Positions 8,343-16,549 of a stretch of 20,402 nt of DNA are shown one piece after another. The stretch's first letter is position 1, and every line of letters starts with the position of its first letter. Origin of the DNA: a virus. The position numbers and the translations under genes are program-made. The DNA is taken from the UHGV virus genome UHGV-0166854; one strand, given 5' to 3'. The notes beneath the pieces are model-generated. The model saw only the letters and a program-made list of their open reading frames with translations. It was not told the DNA's origin and did not search any database.

Positions 8343-8412
8343 AAACGCCGCCGGTGCTGAAACTTGCTTTCAGTGCTGGCGGGGTTGAACAACTCGCACC
8401 GCGAGGCGCTAG
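8343..8412 (+). repeat. Direct repeat copy 1 (about 70 bp) containing a 15-bp-stem hairpin (8348-8382)
   Basis: Sequence aacgccgccggtgctgaaacttgctttcagtgctggcggggttgaacaa... directly after the DinI-like stop; a second copy lies at 8750-8819. Confidence 0.6.
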
Positions 8413-8536
8413 TTCTTCCTCTCAAAGTTTCTCGATGTTTTATTGGTTACACACCAGTGATGAATGGGACGTTACCTTAGCGGGTTTTATAGTGGCGCTG
8501 TGGCAGCACTAAATAAAATTCATTGAGGGCGATAAT

Positions 8537-8746
8537 ATGCATCGACTACCGGGCGAAATTCCGCAGCACAAAACTAAAAGCATCAAACTGATGGCCATCG
8601 TTCATCGTCTGCAGCAGATAATGGTCAATGAGAATTTGACACCCGCCGAGCTGGTCGGGTGTGCCGAAATAGTCAGGGATAATTACGGCACGCTGGATAG
8701 CATCAGCAAGCCGACATATTACTCACCGCCACCACGTCGACCATAG
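8537..8746 (+). CDS. Hypothetical small protein (69 aa)
   Basis: GAGGG RBS about 7 nt upstream of ATG 8537; followed immediately by repeat copy 2. Confidence 0.45.
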   Translation: MHRLPGEIPQHKTKSIKLMAIVHRLQQIMVNENLTPAELVGCAEIVRDNYGTLDSISKPTYYSPPPRRP

Positions 8747-8749
8747 ATA

Positions 8750-8819
8750 ACGCCGCCGGAGCTGAAACTCGATTTCAGGTCTGGCGGGGTTGAACAACGA
8801 GCTACGCGAGGCGTTAGCC
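8750..8819 (+). repeat. Direct repeat copy 2 (about 70 bp) containing the homologous hairpin (8753-8787)
   Basis: aacgccgccggagctgaaactcgatttcaggtctggcggggttgaacaa... ; about 85 percent identical to copy 1, with one compensatory change in the stem. Confidence 0.6.
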
Positions 8820-8879
8820 GGTCATAGCGTCGCAAATACTTCAACCGTCTGCTGGTTAAATAATTCGAGGTTTTTGGAC

Positions 8880-9074
8880 ATGCAAAATCCCCTTTCATCG
8901 AAAAATGACCCGTTTGCCGATTGGGCAAAGAATCTGACTTTAATGGCTTTAAATAACGATCTGAGCTCTCGCGAGGTGGAAAGCTACACCGCAAAAATGG
9001 TCGAGCAGGCCGGTAAAGATGAGCTATCAGTCGTTATCAAACACCTGTTAAATCACATCAGAATGCGCAAATAA
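8880..9074 (+). CDS. Hypothetical small protein (64 aa from ATG 8880)
   Basis: The track ORF 8790-9074 starts inside repeat copy 2; an internal ATG at 8880 with GAGG about 10 nt upstream is the more plausible start. Confidence 0.4.
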   Translation: MQNPLSSKNDPFADWAKNLTLMALNNDLSSREVESYTAKMVEQAGKDELSVVIKHLLNHIRMRK

Positions 9075-9090
9075 GAGGAACTATATAAAT

Positions 9091-9192
9091 ATGTTATCTC
9101 TCGTTTATGAAAATCCGTGGACGACGATTTTTCTGATGATTGTCGCCAGCATGTGCCTCAACAGTGTTATTGGCGCATTGCGCGGCCATTAA
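9091..9192 (+). CDS. Possible 33-aa hydrophobic peptide (MLSLVYENPWTTIFLMIVASMCLNSVIGALRGH)
   Basis: AAGAGGA about 11 nt upstream of ATG 9091; single predicted TM helix; lies immediately before a strong terminator. Below the ORF-track size cutoff; speculative. Confidence 0.25.
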   Translation: MLSLVYENPWTTIFLMIVASMCLNSVIGALRGH

Positions 9193-9214
9193 TCGCGACA
9201 AAACCAGACTAAAA

Positions 9215-9240
9215 CCGGCACCCTGAATGCCGGTTTTTTT
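9215..9240 (+). terminator. Rho-independent terminator (ccggca-ccctgaa-tgccgg followed by T7) ending rightward transcription before cos
   Basis: 6-bp GC-rich stem, 7-nt loop, run of seven T read directly. Confidence 0.65.
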
Positions 9241-9400
9241 ATGCCATTTTTCCGCGAACTTCCCGTTTTTTAGTCGTGCATGCATCAGGTGCATGGTTTT
9301 GCATGCGTCAGTCTTGCCCGTTCTGTCCGTGCGCCGCCAGAGCTAGCGCGGATCCAGAGTTGTCATGCAACTGCATTAAAACCGACCCATAAAGCGGGCA

Positions 9401-9419
9401 GGCGTGGCGGGGAAAGCAT
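9401..9419 (+). other. cos cohesive-end sequence of 186/P2-family phages (GGCGTGGCGGGGAAAGCAT)
   Basis: Exact 19-nt match to the cohesive-end sequence I recall for coliphage 186 (P2 differs at two positions). Location between the A/tum region and Q is as expected. Confidence 0.7.
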
Positions 9420-9638
9420 TGCGCGCCAGCAGTGATGCGTAATAATAAAAATTATCCTCTGAGCGCGTCGTGATGGCGCTGTCGTGGTCGCTGCTGGTTC
9501 GTTGGTGGTCGGGTGTGTTCGTGCGCGTGAGACGCATCTGATGCGTGATGGTGGTGTGCATGGAAAAGCCACCAGGAGCAGCGGCTTTACAGGAGTGGCA
9601 GGATTCAAACTGCTAATTATGTTTCTACTATGATTAAA

Positions 9639-10643
9639 CTAATTTACATGTATGTAGAGTTCACCGTCGCCAGACCAATCGGGACACTCTAAAACAAGCC
9701 CAAACTGCTTGAATATTTCATCAATGATTATTGTTATCTCCCGAAAATCACCAAAACCTGTAATGTGCTGGTCATTAAACTTCCCATAAAGATTCTGAAA
9801 AGCAATGCCTAATTCTGATAATTGATATCTTATATTTGAGTTGGATAGTGTAAGGGATAGCTTTGGATCGTATTCTTTAATATTGATGTTTAGAGAATGG
9901 ACATAACCCATCGCATAAGCATAAGAGTTGATGATTAGCCTGATACGTTTTTTTACTTCGAGATACATGTCATTCAGAGAAATATTACCGTACTTATAAC
10001 CCCAGATGAGTTTTTCAATCTCGTCAGATACTTCATTTACAACAGTGTCAAGATTCTCTAAAAATAAATCGATAGTTTCTTGAGGGGCAGACCCCGAAGA
10101 CATGTAATTAGCGAGATATTCAGACCATGCACGCGTGGCTGAGATAAGAAGCGCGCTACCATACTCGTTGACTGTAAAGTTTTGGGCTAAGCATGTTAGT
10201 AAGTTTTTTTCATGTACGTGCACTAATTCATGGTGAATGCGATGGATGACTGCGAGGTATCCTTCTTCTTTCAGTTTTAAGAAGCTACCATCATTGAAAA
10301 GCTCAACAAAAAAATCAATCGATAGCACAAGGGTATATTCTTCACATAGCCCATCATTGCCAATTTTTGTTACTAACTGCCCGACGGCTGCGCCCTGTTT
10401 GCTATTGGTAAATGAACTAGGGGATTTGTGTTGGTAAGAGGATGTTACCTTTTGAAGAGCTTCACTGAAGTTATAGGAAACAATCACGCATTTTAATTTG
10501 GAGATATCAAGATTGAGATTTTTTGTTAAAGCTCGGATAGCTTCTAGTGTGAAATTACCGATATTATTTGCTTCTTGCTCAGTAGCGAAACCTTCGAGGG
10601 TTATTTTAAAATCAGTTTCCAAAATATTAATCTCCGCGCCCAT
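9639..10643 (-). CDS. AT-rich cargo protein (334 aa) with HExxH zincin-like motif (HRIHHELVHVHE); candidate phage-borne defence/exclusion gene
   Basis: Uninterrupted ORF with low-GC, Asn/Ile/Lys-rich composition unlike the flanking phage genes; HELVH encoded at 10218-10232 (checked on the minus strand). Inserted between cos and Q, where P2 and 186 have no gene to my knowledge. Confidence 0.8.
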   Translation of the reverse strand: MGAEINILETDFKITLEGFATEQEANNIGNFTLEAIRALTKNLNLDISKLKCVIVSYNFSEALQKVTSSYQHKSPSSFTNSKQGAAVGQLVTKIGNDGLCEEYTLVLSIDFFVELFNDGSFLKLKEEGYLAVIHRIHHELVHVHEKNLLTCLAQNFTVNEYGSALLISATRAWSEYLANYMSSGSAPQETIDLFLENLDTVVNEVSDEIEKLIWGYKYGNISLNDMYLEVKKRIRLIINSYAYAMGYVHSLNINIKEYDPKLSLTLSNSNIRYQLSELGIAFQNLYGKFNDQHITGFGDFREITIIIDEIFKQFGLVLECPDWSGDGELYIHVN

Positions 10644-10661
10644 TGTTTTGATATTCGATGC

Positions 10662-10690
10662 ACTATAGCTTTCGCAGATTGCATCTTCAA
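10662..10690 (-). promoter_or_regulatory. Candidate sigma70 promoter for the cargo gene (minus strand: TTGAAG, 17 bp, TATAGT)
   Basis: Hexamers read on the minus strand in the 77-bp gap between the Q stop and the cargo gene ATG. Confidence 0.3.
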
Positions 10691-10720
10691 TAATGAGCGC
10701 AGAGATTGTGGCGGCCTAAG

Positions 10721-11767
10721 TTATTCTGGGTTGTCGAGGGTGTACTCTTTGAATCTGATGACCTCCATGCCGAGCCAGTCATTTACCTCCCTGAACCTGT
10801 CCTGTAGCGGCGACAGCTCGTTGCGCACAAATACCTTTGCCACCTTCTCAACATCACCGAGTGAACCGATATTCTCGGGCTTGCCGCCCATGAGCTGGAA
10901 CGGTACGCGGTGCGCGTCCATCAGATCGGCGGCACTGGCCTTCTTGATGTTGAAAAAGTCATCCTTTGTGGCGACCTCGCTCAGTGGCACGATTTTGATG
11001 CCGTCCGGTTTTCCGCCGGGAGCGTAGAAAAACAGGTTCTTAAAGTTGCCGAGCCCTTTTGAGTTGCGCATCGCCTCGCGCAGCGATTCGACGTCGGTCG
11101 CGCTCTGCGCCGGGTCAGTCACATACATGATGTAACCCGCGTGCGCGCCGTTCTGATAATACTTGCGGCGGAACAGCGTCGCGGATTCATTCAGCCAGGC
11201 GGAATTTAGCGCGCTGAGATATTCGGGCAGGCCGTAAATCTCCTGATTAATGTCGGGCTCCAGCAGGTGAAACACGGTATCAGGCGCGAACTCGTGCGGC
11301 TGGGTGAAGTTTTCCACAAACCAGAAAATCGAATCGTCGACTCCGCGTCGGGTGTATTTGGCTGGCGAGGCCAGCAGTTTGATTAACTGGCCGGTGACGC
11401 TGTGGCGCTGCTCAAGAAAGGCGTTACCGAACACCAGATAATCGAGCGCAAAGCGGCTGAAATCCTGACGGGATAACAACGGGTGCGGAATGTAGGTGCT
11501 CGCGAGCACGTTACGCTTAACATAAATTGGCGAGCTGTGATGCACGGCAGAGCGCAGGCTCTTTGCCAGCCCTGAGAAGCTGACCGGCGGCTCGTACCAT
11601 TTGCCGTTACTGATGCACTCGACGTAATCCAGAATGTCGCGCTTATCGAGTACCGGCACCGGCTCGCCGAAGGTGAACGCTGTCGTTTTTGGCGGTGTGC
11701 TGGCGGTCAGTTGTTGTGGTTTGCTGGCCTTTTGTGCGTTGGCTTTACGGGATTTTTGTTTACCCAT
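10721..11767 (-). CDS. Q: Portal protein (P2 gpQ family)
   Basis: 348 aa; size, position next to the terminase ATPase and sequence (for example YQNGAHAGYIMYVTDP) fit P2 gpQ. Confidence 0.9.
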   Translation of the reverse strand: MGKQKSRKANAQKASKPQQLTASTPPKTTAFTFGEPVPVLDKRDILDYVECISNGKWYEPPVSFSGLAKSLRSAVHHSSPIYVKRNVLASTYIPHPLLSRQDFSRFALDYLVFGNAFLEQRHSVTGQLIKLLASPAKYTRRGVDDSIFWFVENFTQPHEFAPDTVFHLLEPDINQEIYGLPEYLSALNSAWLNESATLFRRKYYQNGAHAGYIMYVTDPAQSATDVESLREAMRNSKGLGNFKNLFFYAPGGKPDGIKIVPLSEVATKDDFFNIKKASAADLMDAHRVPFQLMGGKPENIGSLGDVEKVAKVFVRNELSPLQDRFREVNDWLGMEVIRFKEYTLDNPE

Positions 11768-11768
11768 T

Positions 11769-13538
11769 TTAGTTGAACTCCAGAATAGATTTAGGCTGCA
11801 TGCCGCTACCGGCAGAAAGCGGTTCGTTTAACAGGGCGTGCATGGTCGCCCATGCGATATCGGCGTGGCTGGCTTCCTCGGTGCGGCTGGCCTCATAGGT
11901 GGCGCTGCGCCCGCTGCTGGTCATGGTTTTGCGGATGGACATAAACGACTGCGTGACGTCGGTTGCTCCGGCGTCGTACTCCAGACAGCCACGGCGAATG
12001 GTGTCTTTCGCCTTGAGTACCATTGCGGTTTTCATTTCAGGTGTGTAACGGATGCCGCGTGCCGCCGGGTAAAATGAGCGCACCAGCTGGAACACGCCGA
12101 GACCGAGGCCGGTTGCGTCAATGCCGATGTATTCGACGTTGTATTTCTCGGTCAGCTTGCGGATGCCCTCTGCCTGTGCTGCAAAATCCATGCCCTTCCA
12201 CTGGTGGCGCTCCAGCATGCGGAACTTGCCACCAGAGACCACCGGCGGCGCGAGCACGACGCACCCGGCACTGTCGCCGGTGTGTGACGGGTCGTAGCCA
12301 ATCCAGACAGGACGAGAGCCGAACGGATGGTCGGCGAACGGGGCAAAGTCCTCCCATTCCTCCATCACATCGACCATGCAGCGCTGCAGCTCCTCGAACG
12401 GGAATACCGACGCTTTATCGTCGACAAACTCGCACATAAACAGGTTCTTAAAGTCCTCATCACTGTTTTCGCGTTTGAGCTGGTCGAGGTCGAACAGGGT
12501 GCAGCCACCCGCAAGGGCGTCCTCAATGGTGACAATCTGCCGCCACTGGCCATCGTCGCAGAGCTGGCCACCGGCGAGCGCGCTGTGACTGATGTCGATT
12601 TCGATGCGGTCGGCAATCCGGCTGCGCCCCTTGTTGAACAGCTCGCCAGACCAGAAGGGGTAAGCGCCGTGCGCCAGCGTGGAAGGTGTCGAAAAATAGG
12701 TCGAGCGCAGGTGCTTTTGCGAGGCCATGCCCGAGGCGACTTTGCGCAGTTTCTGAAAATTCGGGATCCAGAATATTTCATCGACATACAGATCGCCGTT
12801 ATGGCTCTGCGCGGTGTTGGAATTGGTACCGAGAAAAATCAGTTTTGCGCCGTTGTTACCGATGACAATCGGGTCGCCAGTCAGGTCAACGTCGACCAGT
12901 CGCGCAAACTGGATGATGTATTCGCGGAACACGTAAGCCTGCGTTTTACTGGCTGATAAAAATATCTGGTTATGGCCGGTTTTGAGTGCGCGCAGCAGTG
13001 CCTCGCGGGAGAAATAGAATGTCGCGCCAATCTGGCGGGATTTGAGAATGTCACGAATACGGTGCTCCAGTCCTGCGCGGTACCACTGCAACTGGTACTC
13101 GAAAGACTGGTCGAAAAATAATTCCTCTAGTTTATCGATAGCCTCGTCGCTGAAAAAATTCTTTTTCGGCTTTTTGCGCTCCCCTTTGTTGCGGTTGGCG
13201 ACGTTGGGGTTAAGGTCGGCTTCGTTGCCGGTCTGGCTGTAGCGGTTGACTCGCGCCAACCGTTCAATCTGCCGTCCGAGTAGGTCAATCTCTTTGAAAT
13301 CACCCCCTGTCTTTTGCGGCTTGGCGATGAGCTGAATCAGCCTAGCCTCAAGGCTGCTTTCAACGCGGGAAATCGGCGCGATGCCGTCCCAGCCGTCGCG
13401 CTGCTTCCAGCTCTGCACGGTCGGGCGCTTGACCTGCAGCATTTCGGCAATCTGTGGCACGGAAAAACCCTGCCAGTAAAGCAGCGATGCCTGCCGTCGC
13501 GGGTCATGCAACAAGGTTGTATCGGTGGAATTGGTCAT
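11769..13538 (-). CDS. P: Terminase large (ATPase) subunit (P2 gpP family)
   Basis: 589 aa, matching P2 gpP in length; N-terminal LYWQGFSVPQIAEMLQVKRPTVQSWKQRDGWD is characteristic. Confidence 0.92.
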   Translation of the reverse strand: MTNSTDTTLLHDPRRQASLLYWQGFSVPQIAEMLQVKRPTVQSWKQRDGWDGIAPISRVESSLEARLIQLIAKPQKTGGDFKEIDLLGRQIERLARVNRYSQTGNEADLNPNVANRNKGERKKPKKNFFSDEAIDKLEELFFDQSFEYQLQWYRAGLEHRIRDILKSRQIGATFYFSREALLRALKTGHNQIFLSASKTQAYVFREYIIQFARLVDVDLTGDPIVIGNNGAKLIFLGTNSNTAQSHNGDLYVDEIFWIPNFQKLRKVASGMASQKHLRSTYFSTPSTLAHGAYPFWSGELFNKGRSRIADRIEIDISHSALAGGQLCDDGQWRQIVTIEDALAGGCTLFDLDQLKRENSDEDFKNLFMCEFVDDKASVFPFEELQRCMVDVMEEWEDFAPFADHPFGSRPVWIGYDPSHTGDSAGCVVLAPPVVSGGKFRMLERHQWKGMDFAAQAEGIRKLTEKYNVEYIGIDATGLGLGVFQLVRSFYPAARGIRYTPEMKTAMVLKAKDTIRRGCLEYDAGATDVTQSFMSIRKTMTSSGRSATYEASRTEEASHADIAWATMHALLNEPLSAGSGMQPKSILEFN

Positions 13539-13703
13539 TGATGCCTCGCCGTAGTGGATTCAGGGCAAGGCTACTTAATGGCCGTCAGTGATTCGCTAAG
13601 GTGCTGTTGTGTGGGCGGTTGTCCAGTCGTCATTGGTGGTCTGGCGTGTCCTGAGTCTGGAAACTGGCGGTGACCAGTAACCTCAACCTCAGGACTCCTG
13701 ACA

Positions 13704-14558
13704 ATGGCAAAAAAAGTCTCAAAATTCTTTCGCATCGGCGTCGAGGGTGACACCTGCGACGGCCGCATTATCAGCGGCAACGATATTCAGGAAATGGCCG
13801 AATCGTTTGACCCTCGCGTCTACGGTTGCCGCATTAACCTTGAGCATATTCGCGGTCTCTTTCCTGATGGCGACTTCAAACGCTTAGGCGATGTGGTTGA
13901 ACTGAAAGCTGAAATAATTGACGACGATTCTGCGCTTAACGGCAAATGGGCGTTGTTCGCCAGAATCACCCCAACCGACGACCTGATTGCGATGAATAAA
14001 AAATTGCAGAAGGTCTACACCTCAATGGAAATTCAGCCGAATTTTGCCAATACCGGCAAATGCTACCTCGTCGGCCTTGCTGTCACCGATGACCCGGCGA
14101 GCCTCGGCACTGAATACCTCGAATTCTGCCGCAACGCGAAGCACAACCCTCTGCAGCGCTTTAAGGCCAACCCTGAAAACGTCTTTTCCGCTGCCACGCT
14201 GGCCGAACTGGAATTTGAAGACGTTCCCGATACGGTGCTAAACAGCCTGGCAGATAAGGTGAAAGCCATTTTCAGCCGTAAGCAGGTCAGCGACGATGCG
14301 CGCCTGAATGATGTGCATGAAGCGGTGACCACCGTCAGCGAGGATGTGCAGACCAACCTCACTGCGCAGGATAAGCGTCTTTCCGCTATGGAAGCCGCGC
14401 TTACCACCTTTAAACAGGAACTGACCGGCAAGATTGAAGAAACCAGCCAGGCATTTTCCGCCCTGAAAGCCACCCTCGACAAAACCGAAAGTTTCAGCCA
14501 GCCGCGACGCACGAAAGCCAGCGGCGGTGGTGGCGATGAGCTGCTGACCGACTGCTGA
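13704..14558 (+). CDS. O: Capsid scaffolding protein (P2 gpO family)
   Basis: 284 aa, same length as P2 gpO; first gene of the rightward late operon, divergent from P. Confidence 0.9.
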   Translation: MAKKVSKFFRIGVEGDTCDGRIISGNDIQEMAESFDPRVYGCRINLEHIRGLFPDGDFKRLGDVVELKAEIIDDDSALNGKWALFARITPTDDLIAMNKKLQKVYTSMEIQPNFANTGKCYLVGLAVTDDPASLGTEYLEFCRNAKHNPLQRFKANPENVFSAATLAELEFEDVPDTVLNSLADKVKAIFSRKQVSDDARLNDVHEAVTTVSEDVQTNLTAQDKRLSAMEAALTTFKQELTGKIEETSQAFSALKATLDKTESFSQPRRTKASGGGGDELLTDC

Positions 14559-14634
14559 TAAACCGCAGACCAGAAACCGGGCGGTAACTCCGCCCGATGC
14601 AGTGACTAACCGATAAATTCAAACAGGAAATACT

Positions 14635-15702
14635 ATGCGCCCGGAAACCCGTTTTAAGTTCAATGCCTATCTGACCCGCGTCGCTGAGCTGAACGGCATC
14701 AGCACTGATGACGTCAGTAAAAAATTCACCGTCGAGCCGTCCGTCACGCAAACGCTGATGAACAAAGTGCAGGAGTCATCCGCGTTTCTGCAGACGATTA
14801 ACATTCTGCCGGTCGCAGAAATGAAGGGTGAGAAAATCGGCGTCGGTGTGACCGGTACTATCGCCAGCACGACCGACACCTCGGGCGATGATGAGCGTAA
14901 GACCGCAGACTTCACCGCGCTTGAGTCCAACAAGTACGAGTGCGACCAGATTAACTTTGACTTCCATCTGAAATATAAAACCCTCGACCTGTGGGCGCGT
15001 TTTCAGGACTTTCAGCGCCGCATCCGTGACGCCATTGTTAAGCGTCAGGCGCTCGATTTCATCATGGCCGGTTTTAACGGTACCACCCGCGCCGCCACCT
15101 CTGACCGCACCAAAAATCCGATGCTGCAGGATGTAGCCGTCGGCTGGCTGCAGAAATACCGCAACGAAGCCCCGACGCGTGTGATGAGCAATATCACCGA
15201 TGCTGACGGTAAGGTCGTTTCGGCAGTGATTCGCGTCGGTAAAAACGGCGACTATGAGAACCTCGACGCGCTGGTGATGGATGCTACCAACAACCTGATT
15301 GACGAGGTTTATCAGGATGACCCGAAACTCGTTGCCATCGTTGGCCGTAAGCTGCTGGCCGACAAATATTTCCCACTGGTGAACAAGCCGCAAGAAAACA
15401 GCGAAGCGCTCGCGGCAGATATCATCATCAGCCAGAAGCGAATCGGCAACCTGCCTGCTGTGCGTGTGCCGTACTTCCCGGCGAATGCCGTGTTAGTGAC
15501 AACGCTGGAAAACCTCTCTATCTATTTCATGGATGAGAGCCACCGCCGCAGCATTGATGAAAACCCGAAAAAAGACCGCGTGGAAAACTACGAGTCAATG
15601 AATATCGACTATGTGGTCGAGGCGTATGCCGCCGGGTGTCTGCTGGAAAACATCACCCTGGGCGATTTCACCGCACCTGCAGCACCGGAAAGCGGAGAGT
15701 AA
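14635..15702 (+). CDS. N: Major capsid protein (P2 gpN family)
   Basis: 355 aa; follows O; CAGGAAA RBS upstream of ATG 14635. Confidence 0.92.
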   Translation: MRPETRFKFNAYLTRVAELNGISTDDVSKKFTVEPSVTQTLMNKVQESSAFLQTINILPVAEMKGEKIGVGVTGTIASTTDTSGDDERKTADFTALESNKYECDQINFDFHLKYKTLDLWARFQDFQRRIRDAIVKRQALDFIMAGFNGTTRAATSDRTKNPMLQDVAVGWLQKYRNEAPTRVMSNITDADGKVVSAVIRVGKNGDYENLDALVMDATNNLIDEVYQDDPKLVAIVGRKLLADKYFPLVNKPQENSEALAADIIISQKRIGNLPAVRVPYFPANAVLVTTLENLSIYFMDESHRRSIDENPKKDRVENYESMNIDYVVEAYAAGCLLENITLGDFTAPAAPESGE

Positions 15703-15706
15703 GCCC

Positions 15707-16456
15707 ATGACGAGCCCCGCACAGCGTCACATGATGCGGGTCTCGGCCTCTCAAGCCGCGCAGCGGGAACAAGCCCCGCTGCGCCATGCAACCGCCTACG
15801 AGCAGATGCTGGTAAAGCTGGCCGATGACCGCCGCACGTTGAAAACCATCCGTTCAAACGAACTGAAAGCCGCGAAAAAGCGTGAGCTGCTGCCGTTCTA
15901 TGCGCCGTGGGTCGCCGGTGTGCTGGCTGATGGCCGTGGTGCGCAGGATGACATTCTGATGACAGTCATGCTGTGGCGTCTCGATGCCGGTGATATCGCT
16001 GGCGCGCTGGAAATTGCGCCATACGCGCTGAAGCACGGCCTCACCTCTGACTATCGCCGCACGACACCTTACATGCTGGTTGAGGAGGTGGCGCTTGCCG
16101 CGCTGCGCCTGCGCGATGCCGGTGAGCCTGTCGACCTCGCATTACTGCTGACCCCCCTTAGCCTGACCGACGGCGCTGACGTTCCCGATATGGTGCGCGC
16201 TCGACTGCATAAGGTGACCGGTCTAACCCTGCGCGATGCCGGTCAGAGCGCCGAAGCACTGGCACAGTTTCAGCGCGCGATGCAGCTCGACCGCAATGCC
16301 GGTGTGCGCAAAGAGATTGAGCGACTGGAGCGGGCATTGAAGCCTAAGCCCGATGCCGCGCCCCGTAAAACGACTAAACCGCGCACGCGCAAACCTGCCA
16401 CCAAACCGGCGGCAAAGCGCGGGCGTCCACCAAAGGCGGTAAAAACCGCCGGTTAA
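15707..16456 (+). CDS. M: Terminase small (endonuclease) subunit (P2 gpM family)
   Basis: Start set at ATG 15707 (GGAGAG RBS 7 nt upstream, 4 nt after the N stop); the track start 15611 overlaps N and is rejected. Basic Pro/Lys-rich C-terminus. Confidence 0.85.
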   Translation: MTSPAQRHMMRVSASQAAQREQAPLRHATAYEQMLVKLADDRRTLKTIRSNELKAAKKRELLPFYAPWVAGVLADGRGAQDDILMTVMLWRLDAGDIAGALEIAPYALKHGLTSDYRRTTPYMLVEEVALAALRLRDAGEPVDLALLLTPLSLTDGADVPDMVRARLHKVTGLTLRDAGQSAEALAQFQRAMQLDRNAGVRKEIERLERALKPKPDAAPRKTTKPRTRKPATKPAAKRGRPPKAVKTAG

Positions 16457-16472
16457 CTGAACGCTCCCCGAG

Positions 16473-16520
16473 CCGGTCGCCGTCAGGGTCAAAGCGGGTT
16501 TTGACCCTGACGGCGACCGG
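16473..16520. repeat. Perfect 21-bp-stem inverted repeat (ccggtcgccgtcagggtcaaa ... tttgaccctgacggcgaccgg) in the M-L intergenic region
   Basis: Read directly; loop about 6 nt; no T-run on either side. Confidence 0.7.
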
Positions 16521-16549
16521 CGTCCACCGCCCAACCTAATGAGGTTGTC

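Noticed and set aside
9363-9608. 81-aa minus-strand ORF spanning the cos site
   Set aside because: Covers the cohesive-end sequence and the GC-rich cos flank; Arg/Pro/Thr-rich low-complexity translation; likely noncoding packaging region.
11838-12956. Multiple overlapping ORFs (60-209 aa) on both strands inside genes P and Q (for example 12023-12439, 12327-12956, 12365-12787)
   Set aside because: They lie entirely within well-supported terminase and portal genes and have Arg/Ala/Pro-rich composition typical of out-of-frame reading of GC-rich DNA; likely shadow ORFs.
13539-13703. Ogr/B-dependent late promoter dyad (TGT-N12-ACA) in the P/O divergent region
   Set aside because: Could not identify a convincing dyad by eye; late promoters are probably present but cannot be placed reliably without alignment to known P2 late promoters.
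14776-15393. 205-aa minus-strand ORF antisense to the major capsid gene N
   Set aside because: Fully contained in the gpN coding region on the opposite strand; no RBS; shadow ORF.
15611-16456. Longer form of gene M starting inside gene N
   Set aside because: An RBS-preceded ATG at 15707, 4 nt after the N stop, gives a protein of P2 gpM-like length; the upstream extension is probably read-through of the N coding frame.
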